A stretch of DNA of 64,000 bases from Selaginella moellendorffii (taxonomy: Eukaryota > Plantae > Lycopodiophyta), in assembly GCF_000143415.4 (NCBI RefSeq), contig NW_003314336.1:237296-301295 (forward strand), in the 5' to 3' direction. Shown piece by piece: positions 37,334 to 51,600 of this stretch. A program made the translations under genes and the position numbers. Below the pieces are notes generated by a model. The model ran no database searches and had not been told where the DNA came from. It saw only the letters and a list, made by a program, of their open reading frames with translations. Numbering within the stretch: position 1 is the stretch's first letter; every line of letters begins with the position of its first letter.

Positions 37334-39698
37334 TGGCATGTGGCCTTACGCCATTCCTAGGTGAGATGATACAAATAACAAGTATAAATTCTTAGTTGTT
37401 CTAGCAAATCTTACTTAAAGTTCAAGGTGAACAAGCCGAATATGAATTCATCGGATTGTTATAACAAATTGCGAGGTGATGGCATGAGGCGATACGCCAT
37501 TTGAGAGTGGTAGCCATTCCTATATGAGGTGAGTGAAGTATTTATTAGAAATACCTCATTCAATTGTGCACTTCTAAGTCTTGGTCCACTTAGTACTGTT
37601 TGCATGTTTTTATTTTAATTCTTTCTCTAAAATGTTATTTAGCATGTGGCTTCATGCCATTGCTCTCCACAATCATGCATTGAATTTCTATCCTTGCATA
37701 ATACTTCTCCATATATATAGCATGTGCGCACATGTGATATGGTTCATTAGGCCTGATATAGTGTGTGAGGTAAAACAAAGATGATGTGACATATGCATTT
37801 ACCAATCACACGTGCATAAATCTAATAATATGGCGTGTGGCCCATATTAATGGCACATAAACCCATATTGTGGGCTTACGTGCTTTATGTACCATCATTC
37901 CCTTGCAGCGTGTGTGTTGGTTTCCTTTTATAACACAACGAACTCCATATTTTAGGGTGAAGAGCGTTCTCATGGCAAGCACAAAATCTGTAAGTGAGGC
38001 AGAAAAGGAGACGGAGAAGGAGATAGGTGAAGATGTAGAATATATAAGTCTTCCAAACTCCCCGTACTATACTCCAGGTGATCATCTTTCTGAACAAACG
38101 GCAACATTAACAACTATCGAGAACGCCCCAGTAACGTCAGAGACAACAATCCAAAGCAAAACAACTGACCCGGAGAAGGATGATAGTACCGCTGAGAGTA
38201 CCAAAAAGGAGGTGTCCACTAGCGCTTAGGCTTATAATGGCGTGTGCCCTCATGCCATTTACTTGATCACCAAATACCTTTTTCCCTTTGCACTAGTATA
38301 TCTTAATACCGGTCTGAGAAATAGAATGGCATGTGCCCTCAGGCCTTTTACTAAATCACCTTTGAAAGAAATGCAAGCCTCTATGTCGTAAAAAAAAGGT
38401 ACTAGAGAAATTCCTTAATAATATGAATGTTATTTAGTTTCATGAAAATACACTAAGGGTCAAATGAGTTAAATGACTTCTCCAGACTAGCAATGCCTCT
38501 TGCTACACCTTCACAATTAGATTCGTTAGAAAAAGATAACATTGAATAATATCTAAATGTTCTCACCATTAAGTTATATGTCTGGCTAATAGGAATGATG
38601 TTCATCTTGGAAAGCTCACCACACGCTCAATGAACAAACAAATAGTGTGTGCGCGCATGCCATCGCTCTTCTTTAGCTTCAGATTCGGCTTGTTCACCTT
38701 GACAATGAGATTTATTATACAACTAGATGGACTCAGTCTGGACATAAGGTCACCACGCTAGTCACCATGCCCCAGATATGTCTAGCCCCTGGACAAAAAA
38801 CATATAATTTCACGTCATTTTCAAATACTTGAAAATTTGTACCTAGTCCCATTTTACTGAATAAATCCCACTTTAACGAAATAGAGCATCTTAGCATTAG
38901 TCTCAATTCGGTCCTAAATGCTATTTATGAAAAGTGTCTAGATTGACTCATTCGGCATATCTACAAAATGTAGAGATTGTCTTGAACACAATGGTGTTCG
39001 TCCTGTGTTCAAATTCGCAATCTAGCACCATTCCATATTTAGTAAGTTTCGAACTTGTCCCAGAGACTAACTCTTGATACTAAGGGAGGATTAGGGTGAA
39101 AGCCCAAAGTGTGTGTTCCTCAAGGGGGGGGGGGGGGAGGGGCTATGGGGGATTCCAAATGTATAGTAGGGATAATGGGTAGGTCAGGCATGGCCGACCA
39201 ACCTGAGGCATCGTTTAGCTCCTGCTTGTGTGCCTGTCCTTGTTTTGCATCCGGCGTGGGTTTAAGCCAAAGTTCCATTCCATGCTAGCTGGTGGAGTAC
39301 CTATGTTCTTGCATTAGGCCACCGGTATGCCGAAATAGCGCTAGACTCCATTTGGCTTTGTTTTGCATGCTAGTCCTAGCATTGGGATGCTGGTTGCTCC
39401 AAGACTGTTCTAAGTCGCTTCAGGCTCCTGTCCCTTCGCTCCTTGGGCTGTATGTTCAAGAATTGCTCCATGGTCCGGTTCCATCACTCCTTGGCTCCAT
39501 GCTTGGGAGTTTGGTACCGTTCCTTCATTTAGTGGCCCAAGGCCCTAAACCTTGGGTTCCACACCACTGTCCTTTGGACACATGGCATATGACACATGGC
39601 ATGTGTCATGTGGCATAAAGAGGGTTTAGGTTCTGCTTCGTGGTGTTATCCTATGGTAAATCACTATAGGATAAAGGGTCAAAACCACATGTGCTACA

Positions 39699-42600
39699 TT
39701 TGATATCAGAGGATGAGTCTTAGTGAGTACTATACAATGAGATTGGGCAACTAGTCTCGTTGCATACGCAGAGATGAAAACAATGATCTGAGTGGGTACA
39801 CGTTTGGGTGCAAAAGCTTTGTAATCGTTCCTTGGGTATAGATTTGGTTACCTTGTTGTACTTTATGACGTGAGCTTCTTCTTGGGGTCATAAGATGGAT
39901 TGAGGTGCTCCGTTTGCACAAGTTTACACTTGGGCTCATGAGTGAGGCACATTAGCAACTCAGGGTTACACTTTGAGTTGGCTGGATTAATGTTAGCCTA
40001 TTGGTGGTTCCATGAGTTCTATGTACTATGGGTGAAAGCAAACCTCCCTGGGTTTGTTATGAGTGGCAAATAGAGTGGTCCGTAGCTGTTTAGCACAGCA
40101 CTAGTGGATCCTTCCTAGGCATGATTATAAGTGGATCAATCAAGACTATAGAGATGAGTCTATTAATTCAAGTAATCATTGCCATGCTCTCTCATAAACT
40201 TTTCTTGGATTGGACTGAATGTAGTGTGAAAGCAAGCTTGAGGTTTAGTCAAAATGAGACCGAAAAGAGAGTCATTGGGGACAAAGGATCAAACACGTAA
40301 ATCATCTTCCTTTCTTGGAGAGATGATTTGCAACGCGGTGTTAACTCATTGCTCGTGTTCATATTATGCAATCAAGAGTCCTTACCTTGATGCATCTTGG
40401 AAATGATGGTCTTACAAATGGTGAGTTGTAAGATGGATAGCGATGAAGCGCTAAACCATTTTGTTTAAATTTGCTATTGGAAGACTTGGGTTGCAATGCT
40501 CAATTCTTTCCGGGGAACCTTGTTATTGCTCCTTGAATAGCTTGGTGTTGGATTAATGTTGAATTTGGTCGGATAGAGAGTGGCGTGAGTTTGTCCGTGT
40601 TGTGAATAAAAGTTGGTAGTGTTGGGTGTTGTAAATCTCTATTGGTGGAGTGTGGCATTTATGTTGCATTTTATCAAATCGAGTTGGCACTTGATATTTA
40701 AATAAACCTTTGAAGTAATGACATTGGCATTGTTCGTGGTGTTGCTCAATTGATGATCAAGTCATTGTGATATTTATATCATATCCATGTGATAGTGAGC
40801 AATGTGTTTACAAAGTTGCTTGGTTAAACAATAATTAACCCCAAAGTGGTTGATGGTGAAGCTAGTCTACTTGCACGTAGTAGCATTGTAGTAGCTTTGA
40901 TTAAATTCTCGATGGTGATCCATTATGCTAAGTTTAAGTTGGTTCCTTGTTCCTTGAAAGGTTTGCCCATAAGGTGTTGGAAAAGGGTTATAGCATTCAT
41001 TTGCTATAACTCATTGGTTGATCTGTTAGCACTTGGAGTAGATTGTTGGATGGAGGAGATGTGTAGTTGAGGCATTGACATCACTAACACTTGTGTTAGT
41101 GGAAGTGGCATTGTTATTTCGAGTGATGAGGAATTTTTCATTAGAGCTTGATTTTCCATGTCATTTTTCTTGTTAGTGTTTTGGCTTCACATTGGATTTT
41201 GAAGGTGATTGAAGAAGAGTGTTAATGCAATGTGGATGTCCGAAGATATGGTCTTCGTGATCAAGCCTTGGATGTTCCTTTTGCATTTTGCAGATGTGAG
41301 TGTTGGATGTCAGAAGTATGGGCAAAAAGATGTTGATGCTTAAGCATATTGTTAGATCATGAGAATTTGTGTTGAGGTGAACCTATGTGAAGTTGTAGGT
41401 AGAAGGAAGTTGGTTAAGTCTTGAAAGTTTGCATTCCTAGACTAAAAGTCATTCTTTCTCTGGGATGGAAAATTTTCCATAAATTTTCTTAGACTTTTCC
41501 AATGGCTGATCTGTTAGTCACTTTGCTCGAAAACCATTCTGTTTTCGTAAACTAATACAAACTAGTGAAGGGGTTGGGGTTGGCTTTGGTTAACTTAAAC
41601 CTTAATAGGTAGTTTGTATGATGTGACTTGAAAAGGGATGCTTACTTTTGGGGCTAAGGCAATTGAGTTGGATAGAGTCTGGAGTTGGTGTAGAAAGTGG
41701 CTGTTGCACTTTTCTAAGAAAAGTGACCCTTGTGCTTTTCTTCTTTAGCATTATGCTTGGCGGTAGATTGCACTTTGTATTTTGTTAGACTCTATGAGAG
41801 GAGTGAGCTCTCACTGATCTTGACTTGGTCTTGGTGACCCTACGCCTTGGTTGAGGATAGTGATGTTTAACTTAGTTGTTTGAGTTTTAGATATTGGTAC
41901 CCATACTATAACTTTGTCTAAGTGGAGGTTGTGTACCGATATGAGTCCATCTCATGGTCTTCACTTGAGTTTCGACTTAGTGTTAATCATGTATAGCTAG
42001 CCTCTTCAAGGCATATTCAGAGCTATTGACTAGACGTGTTGGTGAGCTTATTACGGTTGAGTTAGATTCGAGTGGTCATTTAGTTTGTGTTTGTCCATAA
42101 ACCTTTATTTCGTATATGGGGTATTAACTTCATGCTGGACAAGTATATAACTCGATGACATAAATTTAGTGTTAGGTCTTGTGAAGACAAGTTGAAGAGT
42201 GATTGTTGGTTGCTTTGCAACTAGTGATTACCTGTAAACTTAGTCGAGGACTGTTGACACTTGCTTCACTTGATGAAGAATTATCAGTGATGGGTTTACT
42301 TTACCAGATGGTGTTGCGGAGGATCGTGTCATTAGACTTACATAGGCTTTCCATGTTGGCATGTCGACTCTACTTCTGTCGATATCATTTGGTTGCGTTT
42401 AATTTGTGGTGTTAGAATTCATTGAGTCTTGGATGTGGTGATTCACTCCTTGATGAAGTGTTATCTGTAGCTAAGTATTGTTGAAGAATTGGTCTCAAAT
42501 ACTGACTAAGGTATCTTCGACTTTGGTTAGCTTAGTTGCTAGAGAGTTTGAGTGGTGATTCACTCTTGCTTTCTTTTAGCTTTGTTCTAGTGTTGATGAC

Positions 42601-44094
42601 ATTGAAGTGATGCCTTGTCATTAACATTGTTAATGTTGAGATTCAAGTGAAATGAAATGTCTTTTCTTAGGATTGATATTGAGTTTCATTAGTCTCGATA
42701 ATGATAGTGTTGATGATTTGGTTGTAGCTTTGTGTTATTAGCATTCGTACTTTTGCTAGTTAGTAACTATGTTAACGTTCAAACGAATTGAGTGGCAAGT
42801 TGAGTTAGTTGTGTTCTAGACAAGATTGTTTAGTAGAGGTTGAGTTTTGGCTTTTCCTTGAAAAGTGATTTAGTCGTGGACTATATTAGCTTTACGAGAG
42901 GAAAAGTTAGTGATTGCTATTGGAATGTTTGAAACCTTATTGGATTTGAATTGAGATATATCAATTATTGATGATTTTTCTTGTGCTTGTTATGAAGTGA
43001 GTTACGTCTTGCTATAGATGGATTTTTAAAGGATCGTTTAATAATCACTTGTTGAGTATAACTTCATTGTACTTGGCTTTTGGATTGATGTAGATATGCT
43101 CTTCATTAGCTTTGGCATTATGAAGTTTAGCTTATGGATGTGTTGAGGAGAATATTATGGGTTGTACCATAATTTCTTCTTTAGCATTGAAGTTAATTCA
43201 TGCGAGACTCTCATTATTCAGCAAGACTTAGCTATAGACTTCTTTAAGCTTTTGGTTCTTTGAGTTTTATCCTCATGTTCCATTTGTTAGCAGTAGTTGG
43301 GGAAGGCATTTTGGCTCATTAGCTTCGATGTTGAAGTTGGCTTTTGCATCTGGCAATCATTGGTAACATCTAGGATACTTGATTATCCTTATCAAAAGAT
43401 TTTTTCTTGATAATTGTTGATATAAAATGATTTGCCATTCTATAGGATGGTAGATTCTTTCTTCAATGATGATTATTCATCTTTTTATTGATGGGATGAT
43501 TGATGGTCTTTCATGATGGTTAGTGATTCTCTTTGATGGTTTTTAGCTTTTCGTATTACCAGATGTTCTTTGTGGTTTGCTTTGGATTGGTCCTTTGGGT
43601 TTGAAACATCAATAGGATGTTGCCAATACTTGCTTGAGCAACTCTGGTTCCTTGATATTATTGATCGGGATCTATTCAGATTGGCTTCTATGATAGTTGG
43701 CATGAATGGGTGTTTGTTGGTCTTACCGCATTCATTCTATTCTATTGATTATTACTTAGGTTAATTCTGATAGATTGGCTTTTGCGTGATATATTCGCAA
43801 GCATTGTGCTTGTTGGTCAATGATACTTTATGTTCTTTGAGTTGTCTTTGGTAAGTTGTTTGGCATACTATCTGCCATCTTCAGTAGTTAAGTTTTATCA
43901 TTGAGTTTTCTTGATGATAAGCTGACTATTGAATTTTGTTGAATAAGGAATCCTATCTTTTCCAATTACAATGATCTTAGTGGTTCTTATACTATCATAC
44001 TAGTTTATCGAATGATAACTTACTTGGAATACTTTTGTGTTCTAATCTAAGATATATTCACTGATAATTAAGTCTCTAAGATATCATTGTCTTT
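39699..44094 (+). mobile_element. Degenerate G/T-skewed internal region of a family-B LTR element; no recognisable ORF
   Basis: Directly follows the LTR and PBS-like site; only short ORFs. Confidence 0.45.
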
Positions 44095-47000
44095 GACTTT
44101 GGGTGCTCTAGCTATGGGCTTAGAGCGAGGTTCTGTTAAGCCACGCTAGGTATCCAAGTAAGGAGTGCCACCCACACTTGGACTAGGAGCATGAACCATT
44201 CGATCTCCCGGGGGAACTAAAGTCGACTCTTGAACACTTCACCAAACTACCTTGCTTGTTGGTCCGTATTCACTCTAGCCTTGGACTTCCTAGTGGTTAT
44301 CCCATCACCCAACACCTGGGTACAGTCTTCTTGGGACAAACTAGCCTTTCTTGGCCAAATTAGCTCCACTAGAGTCCTCCCCCTACTATACTTTTGGAGC
44401 TCACCAAACCCCCTAGGGTCTGGGAGACGAATGCTTTGGGCTTTCACCCCCTCAGACTCAAACTCGGACTCAGACTCGGACTTGGACTCGGACTCAGACT
44501 CGGACTTGGACTCGGACTCAGACTCGGACTTGGACTCGGACTCAGACTCAGACTCGGACTCAGACTCGGACTCGAACTTAGGCTTGGGCTCAGTCTCGGT
44601 CTTAACCTCGGCCTCGGTCTCGGTCTCGGTCCCATCTCAGTCTTGATCTCGACTTTGGACTCCATCTCGGGTCCTTCTCGGACTCCATCTCAGATTCCAT
44701 CTCGGACTCCATCTCGGGTCCATCTCAGACTCCATCTCGGGTCCATCTTAGACTCCATCTTGGGTCCATCTCGGACTTCATCTCGGATTCCATCTTGGGT
44801 CCATCTCGAACTCCATCTCGGTCCATCTTGGACTCCATCTCAGACTCCATCTTGGGTCCATCTTGGACTCCATCTCGGTCCATCTCAGACTCCATCTCAA
44901 GTCCATCTCGGACTCCATCTCGAACTCCATCTTGGATTCCATCTCGGGTCTATCTCGGACTTTATCTCGGGTCCTCTTGTGTCCTTTTTCTAGAGACTCA
45001 CTTATTGTTTGCTCTGTGTTTGTTCCTCGAGCACTTCATTGGGAGTTCCACTCCCGCTCTTGACCTTTCAAGTCAGAGCTTTTTAGTTCAAACATGTTAC
45101 GTTCATTTGGCTTTCGCTTCAGCCACTACCGTGTGGCACCCTTTCGGCTCCATTTTGGGGCCTAGGGATTTTGTGTTTCACAACTCCACCACCCATAAAT
45201 GATGTTTAATGTCCTCATCGAACGATAAACCATTTTATAAAGTAATACCAACATGTATTACCCTTTCCATTTTTGGCACGTCGCCAATATTCGTCAATGG
45301 TTTGATACCGAAGGCTCACCATGCCTTACCCATCCTCTAAGGAGGATAGTCTCTTCAACTTAGAGACTAATTGGACCACTTATAATGGTTATCTCCTTTT
45401 ATTGGTTTAGTTTTTGCTAAACCTATTAGAGACACCGTCTCTATCTCAATCCCACGACTCCTTCTTGAGTAGTTTCAATTTCCATCGATATAACGTTTGC
45501 ACTTTGGAACTTTTACTTTTGACTTTTTGAAGTCAATTTCCTAAGTGTCTCCAACACCTTGCATTGCATATATTGTGCAACTCCATTTCCCCACCCTAGG
45601 AAGTTCTTTACTTGAGGGCACCATCATCCTCTCTTCTATTTCGTGCCTCTTTAGGCACTAAGTTCTAGTTATCATAATTTGTGCTAGGGCTGTCTATAGC
45701 CTTATCATTTGGCTACCTTACTGCTCTTTCTCTTGGAGCTTCCACTTTCACCAAATCGGAGCAATTGGGAATCCATCTTTGGAAACACCTTGCTTTTCCC
45801 ACAATTCGTTAGCCCTCAACACATTAGTGTTTTTGGCCTAACTTTGCCTTTTGGATTCTTTCCCATGGTTCCCATGGCTCTTTTCTTAACCATTAATCTT
45901 TTGCTCTTATCCTTTGATAGTTGTACCCAACAATATAGAATTGCTACCTCCATTCTCGAGGTATCCTTTTGGTTTTATAGCAAAGACTTTGGTTTCCAAG
46001 TCCAGAGGGTGTTTACCTCTAGTATGTTTCTTTATGATTTTTTACTATGGCTTTATTCATAACCCAATTTAGTGACCCTCCCATGGGTCTCTTATAGAGA
46101 CTACTTTCCTCGGACTCACTATGCCATCGCATGGACATAGCTTATTTACCTTAAGTGCTCTTCCCACTTGGTCATCTTGACCAAACGCCACCATCATAAA
46201 TAGTTCAAATCAACACTTTGAACCAGGAACTTCATTCCTTAACCAACCAAGGATTTTGTCCTTATTTAGCCACAAGATCACCTAGTGATCTCATCTTGGC
46301 ACTTTAACAGAGTTGCCAAGAGGTATTTGGTCTTCTAGACCTTCAAGTTGTTGACCATGACCCCGGGGGTATCCCCCACATTTGGTGGTGCGCCCAAGCC
46401 AGCCCTTACAGTGAAGGGTCCATAGCAACTGAGGTTAGGTGTCCCCATCTCATTCACCACGTCCTTGGTGCCAGTCGCACCAAAGTGTTTAAGTTAGATA
46501 TGCTGAGCCACACTAAACAATCTAACTGTGCATCATGACTCTGAGGCATCCCTCGTTTGGCAGTGTGCCCAAACCAGTCTCCTCACTGAGAGTCCATGAC
46601 CACCAAAAAATGAGTGTCCTCATATTCTAAACCATCACCACGCCTTAGTGATTTGGGACTCAAACCCAAGCACTAAAGGGTTAGGACTCGAACCCAACTT
46701 CGTATATGCATCTACCGAAGGCATCATCTAAGATGCCTGGCGTGACTCCCCATGCCTATGCACCAACTTATAGTTAAAGCGCGCTATAGATCACAGCTTA
46801 GGAACTTAGTTCCTCCGCACTACCAAGTCCTCTCATTTGACATGTCTGTGATCATGCATGGACTCCTCCATACTTGGCCTCATGGCCACCTTTTTTTGAA
46901 GGCAGCACCTTCAACTAGGGTATTTATTCCCCCAACTTGCCAATCTCATTTAGCAAGTCATCTGGCCACCGTAACATGGTTCATGCATAAGCGTGAAAGT

Positions 47001-50000
47001 CCTTAACTATAGATTTTCATTCAAAGCCCTCTCTTTGAACACTCGGGGACTACTTCCCCAACCTTGATAGCTTTGCCTCATGACAAGCTTCAAGACCACG
47101 CTTCTGCTGCACCACTCCAATTTTGTGTGCTCTAGGAACCATTTACACTTGGCTTTCTAGGTACTTATCTACCTAGAATTGTCTTTGGGAACCTTCAAGG
47201 AATTTTATTCCTTAGCTTGCTAAGGCTTCTCTTTTTTGCAAGCTCCCTAATCACCATATGGTCTAATATGGATAATTCCACATTTTAGACTCTCCATGGC
47301 ATCACAATCATTAATAATAACCCGTTCGAGCACTTATTTGATTCTCCACTCCCAACTCGCATAACCACCCTTGGTTATGCCCTTTGATTCCTATGGTTCG
47401 GTTCCCCTTTACTACTTTGCTTTTTGGCCTCACATGTTTCCTTCAGTAAAAGGATAGTTTTGCATTTTCTACCATGCCTTAGCAAGTATTCATAGGGATG
47501 AACCTACTCGATAGTCTAAGGAGTGGTTCCTCAATCTAGGTATACTCACTTTGTAATCCTACATACCGGGATTAACGTTGCTTCTCATGAGCCTTTATAT
47601 GCCCATCATTAACCTTGCAAAATCCTTTTTTGGCTTTGTCCAATTCGGTAGAGAGATTTCTCCCGTTTCTGCAACTTCGAACGTTTGGATAACACCTTCT
47701 ATCCATCATTCACTAAGGACTTTGTCCCTTGGGCCTTATTCATTGCCTTCATGACACAAACACCACTTCTTGGTTTTCTAGAGTGCTTATGTCTCCCAAT
47801 GATGGCCTTTTTGACAATGAACATTCCCTTTATGATATTGACTTACTATATTGCAACATAAACAATTTATCCCCCATAAGGGTATACCCAACTTTTTTAT
47901 CCCAATAAAAAGTCTTAAGTAGTTATCTTCTGCTAGTTTAACCAATTATTTTGCACCTTTTGCTTAGTTATCTCATAATTGTCAAGTCTTACAACTCATT
48001 GCTAGTCCTTCCACACCTCCATCATTATTTGGGTCACCACACTCTAACCGCATGCCTTCTAGCTTAGGCTATGCCATTCCCATTTCCATTGGGATTCCTT
48101 TGGAAGGGTTCTCATAAACTCGCCAACTTGACCTCAAGGTAGCATGCCTTGCCACACCATGGGCTTCATGAGCCTACCTCTATGATACTTCTTACTTGTG
48201 TTTAGGTCTTTGCCAAGACCAATATGGTAGTTTCTTATGCTAATTATCCATTAACACTACACCATAGAGTTTATGCACAACTTTGTGTCAAAGTTGTTTT
48301 CTTCCGGAAAACTTTTTCCCATGACTTTAGCATGGCACATTCTACCACCCATGAGATAGCCACTGTTCTTATACTTGGATTTTACGATCCTCCCCATCCT
48401 TCGTGTGGCACCATACACCTCAGTCCAAATGCTTTTTCCAATCCCTTAGGGTCATTCCTTGACTCTTCTTGAATCATCCAGCATTTTTGGACTTTGGTAA
48501 ACCAACGACCCGTAAGGTCCTATTTTTGAGGTGCTAACTCGCTAGAATACAACTTCATGTATTCATGTCCTACTTATAAGGACCATCTTTCAAGTGTTAC
48601 TCCAACACTTTATTATTTTCCATTTTCTGTGGGCTACCTTTGCCCCTTAGGACTATCCGTCCCTATGATGAGAATACCGACTTATCCTTTGAGCACACCC
48701 CGAACTCCTTGGGCTTGTTCTAGCATTTATAAAAGGTAGCCCCGGCTACCATTTTGAGGACTCGTGTCCTCATCCGTACTTGACTTCTTATGGTCATTAA
48801 TTTTGGTCTCAAATTCATGAGCACCCACCTCAACTATGTGAGGATAATCTTGTGACTCCTTTATTGTTTTGGAGTCTCTATCTTTCCCGTGATCCCAACT
48901 ATAGTTGTTTACCATAACTACCTTAACCAATTTACTGAGTCAACCGCTCATTCAGATCACATCCTCAACTCTCTGAGGGAAACCTTATACTATTCCCAAA
49001 ATCCCAAAGTTGCTCCCTTACTGGCCCTTTTCCAACCACCATATCACACACAAGTTCACGCATGAACTTGAGTGGAGAGCCATATCCTCTCGACATGCTA
49101 CTCCTCGAGGATAAGTCTATATCTAGGACCTTTCAATTCCAATACAAGCAGTGATATACTTGGCCACCAATAAGAGTCGGACTAAGGAACAGTTCCGATA
49201 CCAAGTTGTAAGCGACTAAATTTTCCATTCTACTTTAATCACTTAACCACACCTCCGACCACTTGGAGGAGTCTCACTCACAACCTCCATAAGTCCTATT
49301 TTGGACTTAGGGACTTACTAGCCCCAAGAATGGCATCCATGCCACTCAACCATTGCACTTGGTCCAAGTGCTCCATATGTCCAATCCCATGATCAACACC
49401 CCAAGGTACCACTGACATATCAGCCAGTTATGCTAAGGCCATGCCAATTCACCTTGGTCACACCGGTGGCCTGACACCACCTACATCACAGTCCCATCTC
49501 TCAAAGACTAGGCCATCCGTCCATGAGTGATCATCCTAGATCCACTCCTTAGCATCCTTAGGATGCCCACAAACATGAGGAATAGGCTTCCTCAATATCC
49601 CTTTTCCAGTCCCACCAAGTCCCTTTCTGTCCATGGCCATGTTTGCCAACACTGCCACTGGATCGAGGCCCACAGGCCCGACCACTAACTCCCACGGTCC
49701 TCTGGGACTTCCTCACCACCCGACTGTATTCTTGGTCACTACACCAGAGGACTACTCCTCTTCCTTTCCACAGTTTGGGCCTTTGGGACAACATTTTGGA
49801 ACACCGTGGCACTATGCGAGCCTCATACATACTCTCACCGCCTTTTGCCTTTGGGTGCTGTAGCCATGGGCATAGAGTGAGGTACCGTTGACCCATGCTA
49901 GGTATCCAAGTAGTGAGTGGCACCCACAGTTGGACTGGGAGCATCGACCATTTGATCTCCCAGAGGAACTAGAGCCAGCTCTTGAACACTTCACCAAGCT

Positions 50001-50758
50001 ACACCGCTTGTCAGTTTGTATTCACTCTAGCCTTGGATTTCCCACTCAGTGGTTATCCCATCACCCAACACCTGAGTACAGCCTTCTTGGGACAAACTGG
50101 CCTTTCCTGGCCAAACTGGCTTCACTAGAGTCCTCCCCCTATTATACTTTTGGAGCTCACCAAACCCCCCAGGGTCTGGGAGATGAACGCTTTGGGCTTT
50201 CACCCCCTTAGACTTGATCTCAGACTTAGACTCGGACTCGGACATGGACTCGGACTCGGACTCAGACTCGGACTTGGACTCGGGCTTGGGCTTGGTCTCG
50301 GCCTCGGCCTCGGTCTCGGTCTCGGTCCCGGTCTCGGTCTCAATCTCGGCCCTGGTCTCGGTCTCAATCTGGACTTCAGACTCCATCTCGGGTCCTTCTC
50401 GAACTCCATCTCAAATTCCATCTCAGGTCCATCTTGGACTCCATCTTGGGTCCATCTTGGACTCCATCTCGGACTCCATCTTGGGTCCATCTCGGACTCC
50501 ATCTCGGACTCCATCTCAGACTCCATCTCAAGTCCATCTTGGACTCCATCTTAGACTCCATCTCGGACTCCATCTCGGACTCCATCTCAGACTCCATCTC
50601 GGACTCCATCTCGGGTCTATCTCGGACTCCATCTTAGGTCCTCTTGTGTCCCTTTCTAGAGACTCACTTATTGCTTGCTTTGTGTTTGGTCCTTGAGCAC
50701 TTCATTGGGAGTTCCACTCCCGCTCTCAACCTTTCAAATTGAAGCTTTTTAGTCCAAA
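44095..50758 (-). mobile_element. Family-A non-autonomous LTR retrotransposon: partial 3' LTR 44095-45182, PPT 45183-45196, ~4-kb interior, PBS ~49192-49203, 5' LTR 49207-50758 interrupted by copy 3
   Basis: Two similar LTRs; minus-strand PBS TGGTATCGGAAC; PPT ATGGGTGGTGGAGT. Confidence 0.8.
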
Positions 50759-51600
50759 AAGCTCTATTTCGTTAAAGTGGGAATTGTCATTATCCCACTT
50801 GTAAAATAAGGTTTCCAAACCTTTATATAGTATATAAATATAACAAAATTCAACTGCATTGAGGCAAATGCCATTTTATTTTAAACAAGGAAATGTCTAC
50901 TCAATCACTTCTCCTCCCCCTGCCACTGCTTCACCTCTCTCTTCTCCTTGTCATCGTCGTCCAATTTCTTTCCATCCTTTTAATATTGGCTCAGTTGCTC
51001 CGAGTCTAGGTGGAGCCCAAGTCCCCATTCAATCTTTACTTTCCCCTTATTAATAAAACAACTTCGTAGACTTCCAATAACATGCTGTAACACTTCTAGT
51101 ATAATGCAAATCCTCTCAAAGAATTGTCTTTTAATATTATTACAATGGCATGGAACCCCATGCCATAATAAGTTACATTTTTAAATAAATACATGCCATC
51201 TCAGACTGTTATTTTTTGCCTCCAACGCCTATACAATAATCTTGGAATTTCATCACTCTCCACACTATTAGGATTTAAACCCAATAGTAATGCCATCTCT
51301 TCTCTAATACGTCCACGTTTATGTTCAGTGGTCGAAGAACCCATCCGGTTGAGCAGATTATAGAGATGCAGATAGTGCTTGGCTAGACAATATACATGCC
51401 ATAAATGATGACTGGTGTCTGTCCGATCAAATGGCTTCTGATATACTGTTCCATCTGCCATTTGGTTGATTTCTGCAGCCACCTCCTGGACTGGCCGGTT
51501 CTCTATCACCATCGCTCCAAGCCGTTTTGCAAGGTCCCCCAGAACATACGGTTTCTTCTCCCTAGTTTCCATACTGCAAGAGATGGGGTGCACTGCATAT

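Larger units (their letters stand above)
24984..38889 (+). mobile_element. Giant Sola-like DNA transposon, copy 2 (13,906 bp), complete with 4-bp TSD CTTA
   Basis: TIRs 24984-25007 and 38866-38889 (one mismatch). TSD CTTA at 24980-24983 and 38890-38893, confirmed against the empty site in the LTR at 21257-21260. Confidence 0.95.
24630..39698 (+). mobile_element. Family-B LTR split by DNA transposon copy 2 (24630-24983 plus 38890-39698)
   Basis: Rejoined halves reproduce TATCATGCCCTTAGCATTAGTCTC of the intact LTR at ~21248-21271. TG...CA ends; PBS-like TGATATCAGAG follows. Confidence 0.85.

Noticed and set aside
44230-45202. Ser-Asp / Leu-Gly repeat ORFs (also 596-1000, 50027-50696)
   Set aside because: Translations of the GGACTC microsatellite in LTR A, open in several frames; not real SD-repeat proteins.
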